A program made the position numbers and the translations under genes. This document shows, one piece after another, positions 1-9,765 of a stretch of 64,000 nucleotides of DNA. Positions within the stretch are counted from its first letter, which is position 1. The number at the start of each line of letters is the position of its first letter. Origin of the DNA: Candidatus Poribacteria bacterium (lineage in GTDB: Bacteria > Poribacteria > WGA-4E > PCPOR2b); assembly GCA_965208675.1 (NCBI GenBank), contig OZ242351.1:2368001-2432000 (forward strand), given 5' to 3'. The notes under the pieces are model-generated. The model searched no databases, was not told the origin of the DNA, and worked only from the letters and a program-made list of their open reading frames with translations.

Positions 1-462
1 GGCTGGTCGAATAAGAGAATTCAGTTCGTTCAATTTCTGGGGTGCATACAGAACATCGGAGATGCTCACGATTCCAGTCAGTCGATCGATACGTTCTTCA
101 TAGACAGGAATGTATTGATAGTTGGAGTGACGCACTATTGCCTTCACCTGTTCGATGGGTGTTGCGACGTGAACGGCGATGATTTCTGACAACGGAATCA
201 TGACCTCTCGCGCAGTAGTCGTCGAAAGTGAAAAAATTCCGCGCAACATGCGTGATTCGTTAGCTGAAAAAGTATCAATCCATTCAAGGAGAAATTCTAA
301 AACCTGTTCCCTCGTCGGTCCGACCTTATTATTTCGCCTCCGTTTGACGAACACGCTTTTTTTATCGTCAGTATTTGCTACCCTAGACGGAAGGGTCGGT
401 TGTTGATTCGATCGAGCAACAAGTTGATCTTGTTTATTGATTACTTTGCTAATAAAGCCCAT
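1..462 (-). CDS. CBS-domain protein, CorC/HlyC-like (3' end runs off the window)
   Basis: Not in the ORF track. Manual translation from ATG at 462 is open to the edge: ...ESRMLRGIFSLSTTTAREVMIPLSEI...YIPVYEERIDRLTGIVSISDVL, a typical CorC/HlyC CBS pair. Confidence 0.8.
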   Translation of the reverse strand, partial: MGFISKVINKQDQLVARSNQQPTLPSRVANTDDKKSVFVKRRRNNKVGPTREQVLEFLLEWIDTFSANESRMLRGIFSLSTTTAREVMIPLSEIIAVHVATPIEQVKAIVRHSNYQYIPVYEERIDRLTGIVSISDVLYAPQKLNELNSLIRPA

Positions 463-720
463 GGGTACGTGTGGTAGGTTGATTCTAACCTTGAGATTTG
501 CTCCAATTTGCTTTTTCGTTTTTTCTTAAAAGTGGAAGAATTACCCTGTTAAAATTACAGTGCAAAGAAACACAACATGTGCAAAAAATTTCTGCTATTC
601 CGTCAACAAATTTACCTCATTTTGAATTAAAGTATGGGGAAAATGTGCTCCATATCCAACCAATTTTGTGTGGTATGCTTTTTACCGATGGAATCATCCG
701 GTTTATATGGATTCCCTAGT

Positions 721-1419
721 TCATCGCGCGGATTTGACCCGACCCCACGTGGCTGCGAGTTTTCCATTTAAATCCACAGACCGAGGACGGCCTGGACCAC
801 CCTCCTTAATATCTTCACCGGTAATCTCGACATGATCAAATCGTGCTTGGGCGCCAGAAACCACCAGCCCCGCTTGGCCGGATTTAAGGGGTTGGAGATC
901 CCGCGCTGCAAAAACCTCATCATCAATCCGAAATTCGAGCAGATCACCGTTGACCGATGCCTTAAGTTCGTACCACTTCTCTATATCTCCAACAAAGGGA
1001 AAATTTCGAATGAACCAGATTTGTGGTGTGGCTTTAATGATCCTTGAGGTTCCAAGCGTAAAATTGATGAAAAACAGGTAACGCTCATCCAGCTCACCGC
1101 GGTCGTACAAAGTAAGCCCTACACTCGCTGGGAGGTGTTTTTCCTGCACAAGCTTTACTCTGCATGAGAGGGAATAGTTGTTCCAATCCATATCCCCCGT
1201 TAGCCACAAACTCATAAAACCGGGTTCGAAGATCTGTCCTACGGCCTCGCCTTCGTCAACCCACCATTTTTCCACGCGGCGATCCAAATTATAGATAGCC
1301 CACTCTGGTTCTCGTCCATCTTCGAAATCGTCGCGCCATGTGCCAGCAAACCCGAAATTACCGTACGTCAGCACACCAATTTGAAAGACGAAAACCCATA
1401 GAACAAGGACGGATTTCAT
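721..1419 (-). CDS. Secreted beta-jelly-roll protein (DUF1080/concanavalin-like) with C-terminal TWGxxK tail
   Basis: N-terminal signal peptide, DDFEDG start, G-x-AGL...ARFDHVEITG end, tail SVDLNGKLAATWGRVK. Confidence 0.7.
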   Translation of the reverse strand: MKSVLVLWVFVFQIGVLTYGNFGFAGTWRDDFEDGREPEWAIYNLDRRVEKWWVDEGEAVGQIFEPGFMSLWLTGDMDWNNYSLSCRVKLVQEKHLPASVGLTLYDRGELDERYLFFINFTLGTSRIIKATPQIWFIRNFPFVGDIEKWYELKASVNGDLLEFRIDDEVFAARDLQPLKSGQAGLVVSGAQARFDHVEITGEDIKEGGPGRPRSVDLNGKLAATWGRVKSAR

Positions 1420-1744
1420 CTTGCAATTTTCCTCTCATTGAAGGGCTTCCGAAAATAGTAGCAAATAGCCATTCATGTGTCAAGCAAAATTCGGGGATAT
1501 ATTGGTAGTAGTTATGGGAAGGTTGGTTTTGTATTGATTTGAGTTACTTATATGATAAAGAAGCAGGTTTGAATGTGAATCCCATTCTATAGTATAATAT
1601 CTGCGCCGGGCAGCGCGGATTTGACTATCAGGGAGTATCCCTTCCTAGCTTCCGCATTTTCCGTTGAAGCTAAAATCCGAGATTGGGATTGCCTTGATTG
1701 CTACCACACAAATTTCGAAGAAATTTCGTACATTATAACGAACG

Positions 1745-3394
1745 ATGATACGCCCTCATTTGAATTTTCAACGCAAGCTAATGGCGGTATTTGTGGGGCT
1801 TACCTTGCTTCCCACGCTTGTCCTTGTTCTCGTGTCTTACCATCTGATTGGTCGAAGCATTGAACGGTGGGCAGGTCATCAGATTGCCAATACTTTGGAA
1901 AATTCGGCTTTAATTTTGCGTGATGCAAAGGAACTCGCCCATAACCTTGAGCTTCACGAAACCGACTTATTGACACACGTTGCCGAGATTTTAGCGGTCG
2001 ATTTTGATTTGGTTGCAGGATTAGATTCGCTTAATCTTGAAGCTGTTGGCATACGGGCGGATGAACTTGCCGATGATAACGCAGAATACCTCATTGCTTT
2101 GTATGATCGATTGGGGAACAGAATTTTCACCAGCGTTTCCTCGGACTTGCCGCCGCTCAATCTCGCCGAATTTCTGAATCCCTTGTATGAATTGCCTGAT
2201 GCCCCTACAGTTTCCCAGGAGTTGGAAAATCAAGGGTATTTGATATGTGGGATGCCAATCTTTTCGGAAGATGGCGTCCAACGATTGGGTGCCATTGTCG
2301 TCGGAAAATCAATGCCGCTGACACCGGCTCAGACACGTTCTCAGATGGCCTCCATCAAAAGCAGCCTTGGGAGCATCAAAAGCCAACTCGGCACGTTGGA
2401 GTCCAATATGGATGCGGGAGGGACGGTAAACCGCCGAACAGAAAAGCGAACAACTTCTATAGCGCTGGTAATCACAGCAGTTTTGGTAATTGCTCTGTCC
2501 TTTTGGGTGAGTCGTACCCTCGCTAGGGGAATTAACACGCCAATCCAATCACTAGTTGCCGGCACAAAACAGATTGCCGATGGAAATCTTGACTACAAGG
2601 TCGAGGTGCTAACTGATGATGAATTTGCCGATTTAGCGAGGGCGTTCAACCGGATGGGGAACGACCTCAAGAAACGCACTGAAGAACTCAAACGCGCCGA
2701 ACAAATTGCGGCATGGCAGGACGTCGCACAAAAACTGGCGCATGAGATAAAGAATCCGCTGACCCCAATCCAGTTGTCGGCGCAACGCCTACAGCGCCGC
2801 TACCAGAACGATGACGAAGACTTTGGGGAGCTTCTAGATCGCTGTACACAAACCATCATCACTGAAGTTGAGGGGTTAAGGCATCTGCTTGACGAGTTTT
2901 CCCTGCTTGCCCGGATGCCATCCCCCCAGATCGCGTCCGTCAACTTACGCGAGACAATTGATGAAACCTTGGACCTATTCGACAACGTACCGTCGAATTT
3001 TGACTGCCAAATTGATGCTTCACCAGACCTGCCTCTAGTGACCGCAGACGCGGAGTATCTGAAACGCGCCTTTTTCAATTTGATTAAAAACGCGCTGGAA
3101 GCCATGACGGAAATGAACAAACCCGTGCTTACGATTCGTGCCTTTACGTCAGCAGACTCATCAAAAGTGTGTGTGCAGTTTTCCGATACAGGTCCGGGAA
3201 TACCCCCTGAAATGAGACCAAAGTTGTTCATGCCGCACGTGTCTGGCAAGAAAGAGGGGATGGGACTTGGACTGGCAATTGTAAAGAAAATTCTCACAGA
3301 TCTTGGCGGCGACATTCGCGTTGAGGAAACTAGGTTCGATTCGGCCGGAGCGACTTTTACGTTATGGTTGAAAGCAGTTGATGCTGAAGCGTGA
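1745..3394 (+). CDS. NtrY-like membrane sensor histidine kinase (HAMP, HisKA, HATPase)
   Basis: Two TM segments, HAMP, H-box AHEIKNPLTP, N-box NLIKNALEA, G-boxes DTGPGI and GMGLGLAI. Confidence 0.9.
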   Translation: MIRPHLNFQRKLMAVFVGLTLLPTLVLVLVSYHLIGRSIERWAGHQIANTLENSALILRDAKELAHNLELHETDLLTHVAEILAVDFDLVAGLDSLNLEAVGIRADELADDNAEYLIALYDRLGNRIFTSVSSDLPPLNLAEFLNPLYELPDAPTVSQELENQGYLICGMPIFSEDGVQRLGAIVVGKSMPLTPAQTRSQMASIKSSLGSIKSQLGTLESNMDAGGTVNRRTEKRTTSIALVITAVLVIALSFWVSRTLARGINTPIQSLVAGTKQIADGNLDYKVEVLTDDEFADLARAFNRMGNDLKKRTEELKRAEQIAAWQDVAQKLAHEIKNPLTPIQLSAQRLQRRYQNDDEDFGELLDRCTQTIITEVEGLRHLLDEFSLLARMPSPQIASVNLRETIDETLDLFDNVPSNFDCQIDASPDLPLVTADAEYLKRAFFNLIKNALEAMTEMNKPVLTIRAFTSADSSKVCVQFSDTGPGIPPEMRPKLFMPHVSGKKEGMGLGLAIVKKILTDLGGDIRVEETRFDSAGATFTLWLKAVDAEA

Positions 3395-3419
3395 GTTGAC
3401 AGCGATTGCGTACATTTAG

Positions 3420-4748
3420 ATGAAAACAAGACGGGTTGTAACTGCATTCTTGGCACATAGCGGAAAAATCCTGCTGCTGAAACGTAGTAGCAAAGTCAGG
3501 ACATATCCAGGGCGCTGGGCGGGCATCAGTGGTTCGATAGAACAAGGCGATGCATCCCCTGATGAAAGAGTCCTGAAGGAGATAGAAGAGGAGACTGGAC
3601 TTTGCCCGGAAGATATTCAATTCGTAAGAAAGGGCAAACCGGTAAGAATCGCGGATGAAAACCGGATTTGGATGGTTTACCCCTTTCTCTACAATGTGTC
3701 AAACCCGGTCAAAATCTGCACAAATTGGGAGCATACCGACAAACTATGGATTGAGCCGGGTGAGATTACAGCGCATAATACCGTCCCAAACCTAGCGCAA
3801 ACGTTCGATAGCGTCTATCTGAGAAAAGGGCTTTCCAATCGCATTGCTGACATTGAAGCAGATCGGACACACGGTGCGTCAGAACTTGCGCTAACGGCGT
3901 TGCATGTATTGAAAAGGGAAACTACTGAAGTACGCGCCAAATCTCCGGACGCCCTGCTTACGCATTTGTCCAACGTCGCATGGCATCTGCGTAGGACTAG
4001 GCCAAGCATGGCCCCATTAACAAATGCGACTGCTTTCGTGCTCTACCACGCCATGAGGGAACCAATTAAACCCAAGCGGGTTTCTAATCTGAGAGCGCTA
4101 ATCTCTGACAAAATTGATGAATATGAGACGAATTGCAGGAACGCCTCGAAAATCATCTCGCACCAAACCGAGAGTTTGCTAGCAGATAATACAACCATCC
4201 TGACACATAGCTACAGTGGAACGGTTGTAAATGCAATTACGAGTTCAAGCAGAGAAAACTTACACATCATTGTCACCGAATCTAGGCCATTATATGAAGG
4301 CGTCAAGACCGCCAATCGCCTGTCGGAGAAATACGATGTTACTCTCATCACCGATGCACAAGCGGGATATTTTATTGGACAAGCGGATATCGTGTTAATC
4401 GGTGCGGATACCGTTCTTGCGGATGGGGCAGTGGTGAACAAGGTGGGTACGCATCTGATTGCGCTTGCAGCCGAAAGGCAATACGTGCCGGTATACGCCC
4501 TCTGCCAAACAAGCAAATTTAAGCCCTTAACCCGCGATAATGAATCAACAATCGAGTTGGAAGAGATGGACTGTTCCGAGGTAATATCGGAGGGGGTTCA
4601 AAAGGTAAAGGTTAGAAACATCTACTTTGACGTAACACCCGCGGAGTTGATTCGCGGCATCGTCACGGAGCGCGGCATTCTGACGACCAACGACGTATTA
4701 CCGATTGCTAAGGATATGGCTGAATATGAGAGAGTTTGGCAAATGTGA
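3420..4748 (+). CDS. NUDIX hydrolase fused to an eIF-2B alpha/beta/delta (R15P isomerase/MtnA-like) domain
   Basis: Nudix box GSIEQGDASPDERVLKEIEEETGL; IF-2B motifs HGASELA, RPSMA, ESRPLYEG, GADTV...VVNKVGT. Confidence 0.85.
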   Translation: MKTRRVVTAFLAHSGKILLLKRSSKVRTYPGRWAGISGSIEQGDASPDERVLKEIEEETGLCPEDIQFVRKGKPVRIADENRIWMVYPFLYNVSNPVKICTNWEHTDKLWIEPGEITAHNTVPNLAQTFDSVYLRKGLSNRIADIEADRTHGASELALTALHVLKRETTEVRAKSPDALLTHLSNVAWHLRRTRPSMAPLTNATAFVLYHAMREPIKPKRVSNLRALISDKIDEYETNCRNASKIISHQTESLLADNTTILTHSYSGTVVNAITSSSRENLHIIVTESRPLYEGVKTANRLSEKYDVTLITDAQAGYFIGQADIVLIGADTVLADGAVVNKVGTHLIALAAERQYVPVYALCQTSKFKPLTRDNESTIELEEMDCSEVISEGVQKVKVRNIYFDVTPAELIRGIVTERGILTTNDVLPIAKDMAEYERVWQM

Positions 4749-4831
4749 GTCGGAATGGACAATCGACCGCATTTACTATGCCGATTCATAAAAAACTCAC
4801 GCTTCGGAGCTTAGTGTCTATGTTCAATTGG

Positions 4832-7435
4832 TTAATTCTGAGAAGAACGCCTAAAATCAATCCGGCGAAGAGCAATATCAAGAAGCAGCAGAAACGCAGC
4901 GATAGCAAGTAGAATACGCCAAAGATGAATTCGAATTATAACCGGATTTTCGGGTGCGCGAAACACATCTTCAGGCGAGGGCGCGAATTTTCCGCCCGAA
5001 GCCGCGGCAAGTTGCTTTAAGAGCGATTCGTTTGCCGTGTGCACAAGGTACTCTTCAGGATATGAGACGACTGTGCCGGTGACTTGGGTGTTGACGGGTT
5101 CACCATGCTGCTTCTGCATGATGTTGATGAAATACGCTCCCATATCGTTCACCGGAAAAGAGAGTTTATATTGCCCCGGCGCCGATTGCGCCATTGCAAG
5201 GGGTTTCTTCTTTAGGTTAGGTGAAATGAGGGAGACTTCGTTTTCGAGTTCGTTGAGAAATTCACCCTCCGCGTTAAGCGCGTCCACAGTCAAGAAAGCC
5301 GCGCCCTTGTCTTGTTCAATGTCTGCCTGGAAGTTGCTGGCAGTGGATTTTCGCATGGTATCGCGCACCAATTGAGTCCAGAATTTTCCGTAGCCGGGCC
5401 ACTCTAGCCAATCTGTTGCCCATCTCGCCTTTGCATCAGATGTAAACGCAACAGATCTGCCCAAGCCGTATTGCCATCCCGCTAGAATCGGATCGCCCCG
5501 GTCTGAAACCAAGTAGACTTCGGCTGTTGGCCGCGGGTGTGTGGAAACGTAACCGAGCAAAAACGGCGCCAAATCTAGGTCAATGCCTTGCAAGACCTGC
5601 GCGAATTTAACAACCTGCGGGACAAACGGCTCGTCAATAATTGCGGACTTTGAAGCGGTGACGGTCTCCTTAGCGAATATTTGGGGGATGCTGTAGGCGT
5701 CCTGCGTAAAGTAAGCTCGCCCGTTGCCCCAATTTGCGATGTTTGACATCAAGTTCATATCGGCGCCACTGCCGATGCCCACAGTCGAAACCGTGATCCG
5801 CTCGCCCCGCATCGAATTCACAATACCGTACCAATCGCCCGGCTGCGATAGTCCGTCGCTGAGGACGATGACATGTTTAAGTTTTGCCCTAGTCTCGGTC
5901 AGCGCGAGATACGCCTGTTGAAGTGCGGGATAGAGATTGGTACCACCATTCGCGCGTATTAATCCGATTTGGTCGGAGAGATAGAATTTGTCTGCTGCCG
6001 TGTGCATCTCGGCGATCCAGTGCGGAGACCCATCAAAGGCGATAACTCCAAGTTTATCGCGACGCCCAAGCAGTTCGACCGTAGCGCGAGCTGCTTCTTT
6101 TGCCAGTTCAATCTTTATCCCCGACATGCTTCCTGATTTGTCAATTACCAGCACCATTCCAATGCTCGGAGTCTCCTTCTTCTTTTCTGTGTCGGTACGC
6201 ACCGGTAGAATCTCCTCAATCGGTGTTTTGTAGTAGCCCCCAAGCCCAAAGCTATTTTCGCTTCCTAACATCATGAACCCTCCGCCAAGGTCTTGAACAA
6301 ATGTGCGGATGAGCTCCATCTGTTTCCGATTTAATCGGTTGGCGGGCACGTCACTAAAGAGCAGCAGGTCATAATTCTGAAGGTCAGACAGCTCATTGGG
6401 AACCCCTAAACCGTTTCGGACATTGACTTGAATGTCTACCTCCTCAAGTACGCGCACTAGATGCCGCGCTTGTGACTCGTTCTCATCAATTACCAACACC
6501 TTCGGTGTGCCAGAAACAACAACAATTCCGAGTGCGTGGTTGTTATCGTAGCGTGTGTCCTGAGTCGAGCGGCAACTCGCGTCGAAAGTTAACATTCCGC
6601 TTTCAGTCGCGGTTTGATCGAAACTGAATCGGTTTTCACCCACCTGCAGGGGTACCTCTCTTTTGGCAATCTCGAACTTGTTTTTGTGTAGGCGAATCAC
6701 CGCAAAGTCCTCATGTTTGCTGTGGATATAGACTTCCAATTGGAATGGTTCGCCCTGCTTGACCTGCACCGGCGCATCAAGCCGCTTCATCACGACTTCC
6801 GGCGCATCGCTCGGGTAAATCGGCACGGCATCAAGTTGTACGCCGAAGGTTTTTCCGCGTAACCCTGCCCGAATTCCATTACCCCGGGTTTCTGTACCGT
6901 CGCTAATTAGGACGATTCGCCTGTTTGTGTCGGCAGGGAAAATTCCCCACGCCATCTCGACAGCTTGAGCGATATCGGTAGCATCTCCTGCACCCTCATC
7001 GGCTGCCAGCCATTCCGCCCGCGTTTCAGCCAGGTTAAACGCTTCATGCGCTTTCGGTTCGTTGTTGGTATCCGTAGAATTTTTATCGGCAAAACCCCGA
7101 ATGACTTGTACGCTGTCAGTAAACACCACAACGCTCGTACTTTCGTCCGCACGGTGTCCTGTCGCTTCATCAATAAATTTTTGCGCTTCTTCCAACCCAT
7201 CGTCCGATATACTGTCTGATATATCTGCGAGGAAAACGACCGCTAGCCTATCGTCAGTCTTTAAGAATTGGAGTCCAGCGAGGCTAAGGATGAGCAGGAT
7301 AATAATGATACAACGCAGAACAAAGCTGACTCGACGCTGCCAGCGTCCTAGATCGACGAGGCTACGGCGGTGACCGAAGTAAAGCAGAGGCAATAGAAGC
7401 AGTAAGAAGAGTAGGTAGGGGCGTGCAATTTCCAT
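4832..7435 (-). CDS. Membrane-anchored double VWA protein with GATase1-like domain (BatA-type N-terminus)
   Basis: Two MIDAS motifs (DISDS, DKSGS); LGGGFMMLG GATase-like segment; N- and C-terminal TM helices. Confidence 0.85.
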   Translation of the reverse strand: MEIARPYLLFLLLLLPLLYFGHRRSLVDLGRWQRRVSFVLRCIIIILLILSLAGLQFLKTDDRLAVVFLADISDSISDDGLEEAQKFIDEATGHRADESTSVVVFTDSVQVIRGFADKNSTDTNNEPKAHEAFNLAETRAEWLAADEGAGDATDIAQAVEMAWGIFPADTNRRIVLISDGTETRGNGIRAGLRGKTFGVQLDAVPIYPSDAPEVVMKRLDAPVQVKQGEPFQLEVYIHSKHEDFAVIRLHKNKFEIAKREVPLQVGENRFSFDQTATESGMLTFDASCRSTQDTRYDNNHALGIVVVSGTPKVLVIDENESQARHLVRVLEEVDIQVNVRNGLGVPNELSDLQNYDLLLFSDVPANRLNRKQMELIRTFVQDLGGGFMMLGSENSFGLGGYYKTPIEEILPVRTDTEKKKETPSIGMVLVIDKSGSMSGIKIELAKEAARATVELLGRRDKLGVIAFDGSPHWIAEMHTAADKFYLSDQIGLIRANGGTNLYPALQQAYLALTETRAKLKHVIVLSDGLSQPGDWYGIVNSMRGERITVSTVGIGSGADMNLMSNIANWGNGRAYFTQDAYSIPQIFAKETVTASKSAIIDEPFVPQVVKFAQVLQGIDLDLAPFLLGYVSTHPRPTAEVYLVSDRGDPILAGWQYGLGRSVAFTSDAKARWATDWLEWPGYGKFWTQLVRDTMRKSTASNFQADIEQDKGAAFLTVDALNAEGEFLNELENEVSLISPNLKKKPLAMAQSAPGQYKLSFPVNDMGAYFINIMQKQHGEPVNTQVTGTVVSYPEEYLVHTANESLLKQLAAASGGKFAPSPEDVFRAPENPVIIRIHLWRILLAIAAFLLLLDIALRRIDFRRSSQN

Positions 7436-7670
7436 GGTAGTCAGTTGGTTTCCATTGATTTAGAAACCGTTCGACAGCACTTAAGTGAACTGCGAAATTT
7501 GCAGGGTATAGCTACGGCGGAAAATTCAAAAGCGCAGCGCACTTTAATCCACCATCTTATTCGCGCAATAGCCTCCCTGCCTCTTCAGCCGTCTGATTTG
7601 CGATTTAAACACGACGGTCAGGTTAACTGCCGAGGCGTACTTGCTATTGCTCCCCAAATGCTGGAAAGAA

Positions 7671-8018
7671 TCATTTATGAATGATTTGGTCTTGCAAGGG
7701 AATGATCGTATAAGGAATGCCGTATGCCTCTCCCCTTATTGAACCTTTGGGGAGTTCGTGCGCGTCCGAACGTGGATGCGAAGGATGCATAATGTGCGGC
7801 AAGGTGGGAGATATACTTTGTCCACTTTCAAGTCTACCGACACGTTCTTTAAGAACTTCAAGCTCTTTTTGTAGTCCCTCTATCTGCGACATGAGGTCTT
7901 TTGTTTCCGATTCAGAGGCTTTTTCATTTCCCAATATTGTGGAATTGGATGTAATCAAGAAGACGAAAAATACTATCCCGAGTGCAGCCATAATTGTTAG
8001 TAACCGCCCTGTTTTCAT
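7671..8018 (-). CDS. Small exported coiled-coil hypothetical protein
   Basis: GGAGGGG SD, signal/TM helix, coiled coil, C-terminal YGIPYTIIPL. Confidence 0.65.
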   Translation of the reverse strand: MKTGRLLTIMAALGIVFFVFLITSNSTILGNEKASESETKDLMSQIEGLQKELEVLKERVGRLESGQSISPTLPHIMHPSHPRSDAHELPKGSIRGEAYGIPYTIIPLQDQIIHK

Positions 8019-8136
8019 GTTATCCCCTCCTTCGGGTTGTTTTTGCGACTCATGAAATCAGCGTCCATTGAGGAACTTTCAACGCCTGAAGTGAAAAGCA
8101 CAATTCATCGCCGATACATTGCGCGCCGCGAGTTTA

Positions 8137-9594
8137 CTATTCCTCATTTGGTTTGATGGACTCGAAATACCGCTTTACGTAGAACTTGTACCCCAACGGA
8201 ATTTGTTCTTGAGCGAGCGCGTCCTCGGAAAACTGCTGGTATTTTGTGTAAGCCTCCTCATAACTTTCCACTGTTTGCGTCCCCGCGGACGCCGGGTCTT
8301 CAGCGATAAGTGTTTGAGTAATCTCTTCGATTGTCGAATTTCCGGCACCTTGTACACCGGTGATTCGCTCTAGTTGACGGTATGCGTCAAGCTCGGTCAA
8401 CGCGCCGAGCGGATTAGAATCTGTCGCGCTACCTATTCCCGGACCAGGTTTATTAGCGCTGCATGCACTAGCTATTCCTATTTTACAAGCCTTACACTGA
8501 GCTTTAAGCTTCGCTAACAACGAGTTACACTTTTTCGTACCTGCACAATCCGACAGTTTTTGAGCGGCAGCTAGCAAATTCTGCCTAGCGCCGTCGGAAT
8601 TTTTCTTTCTTACCGCACGACCTGCTTGAGCCAAGTCAGTTCCCAATGAATCGCACGGCGTCCCCTGCAAACTCGACCCGCCGCGTTCGAGCGCGTCAGA
8701 GACATTTTGGCGTTGTTCCGGGTTGAATGATTTGAGTTTTTGGGAAAACTTGAACAATCTCTCCGCAGACTTTTCATATTGGCCTGACTTTAACGCCTGG
8801 CCGAAGTCGCTCAAATTGGGGTTTTCGGCAAGCTGTTCACCGAGGGACTTCAACAAGGCATCCGTCTTGGCAACGTCCTCAAGATTCATCTGGGATTGCA
8901 GCGCCGCATCAATTTCGGTCAACTTGGCGAGCGCTTCTTTAGGCGTGATGTTTTCTTGCTTTAGTTCAAGGATTCTCTCCTTAATCTCTTTTACCACTTC
9001 TTCCAGACCCGTCTGATCCGCTTCCTCTTCAACCTTTTCAATCTGTTTTAGAAGATGATCGGCTTCTGCGGCTATCTGCGGCGAGAAGTCGAGAGTCGCG
9101 GGCGCCTCGACGGGCGCAAAAAATTCGATGTAAGAAAACGCCAACGCCATAACTATTACCAACGCGGCAAACTTGGTTTCGCGCGGAATCGAATATCGAA
9201 CGACCTCCTTAGCGGGCACTGCTTCCAGACAGTCAGAGGTATCTTTTAGTTGTAGCGCAGTCAACACCTCATCGGTCTGCCGTTGAATAAACTCAAGTCC
9301 GCTCCCCGCGCGATCTTTTAACGCGGCTTTGACATCAATGGTTTGGGCGGCAGCTTGTAGATTGATCGGACGAAATAGGCTTGCAATCAGCCCGATAGCG
9401 GAGATGCCAAGCGAAACCCAAAGTAGGACGATGGGGGATATATCGAACGATGCCATAAAGCTATCGACGATAAACAACGGCACACATAGCATCATACCGC
9501 AAAAAAGAAGCCTTGCCAGCATCTTGAACGTTCTTTGTACGTTCAATCGGCGGCGCACTTTTTGAATCTTTTCGAGAATCAATTCGTCAGGCAT
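8137..9594 (-). CDS. Membrane-anchored coiled-coil protein of the type found in MoxR/VWA clusters
   Basis: Likely start MPDE after AAGGAGAG; TM helices, long helical region, C-terminal IPLGYKFYVKRYF. Confidence 0.7.
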   Translation of the reverse strand: MPDELILEKIQKVRRRLNVQRTFKMLARLLFCGMMLCVPLFIVDSFMASFDISPIVLLWVSLGISAIGLIASLFRPINLQAAAQTIDVKAALKDRAGSGLEFIQRQTDEVLTALQLKDTSDCLEAVPAKEVVRYSIPRETKFAALVIVMALAFSYIEFFAPVEAPATLDFSPQIAAEADHLLKQIEKVEEEADQTGLEEVVKEIKERILELKQENITPKEALAKLTEIDAALQSQMNLEDVAKTDALLKSLGEQLAENPNLSDFGQALKSGQYEKSAERLFKFSQKLKSFNPEQRQNVSDALERGGSSLQGTPCDSLGTDLAQAGRAVRKKNSDGARQNLLAAAQKLSDCAGTKKCNSLLAKLKAQCKACKIGIASACSANKPGPGIGSATDSNPLGALTELDAYRQLERITGVQGAGNSTIEEITQTLIAEDPASAGTQTVESYEEAYTKYQQFSEDALAQEQIPLGYKFYVKRYFESIKPNEE

Positions 9595-9765
9595 TTTGCT
9601 CTCCTTGTGGTTTTTACCGCGTGTTAAGGGGATACGTCCAACTGCTAAAGTGGTGGAGCACAATCCGGTATAGGAATCATAACGTTAAAAATACCATTCA
9701 CACGCAATCTTGTCAAACAGAATTTTAGCGCTTGAAATTAGGCGGAAACGACAACCCGCATTCGC

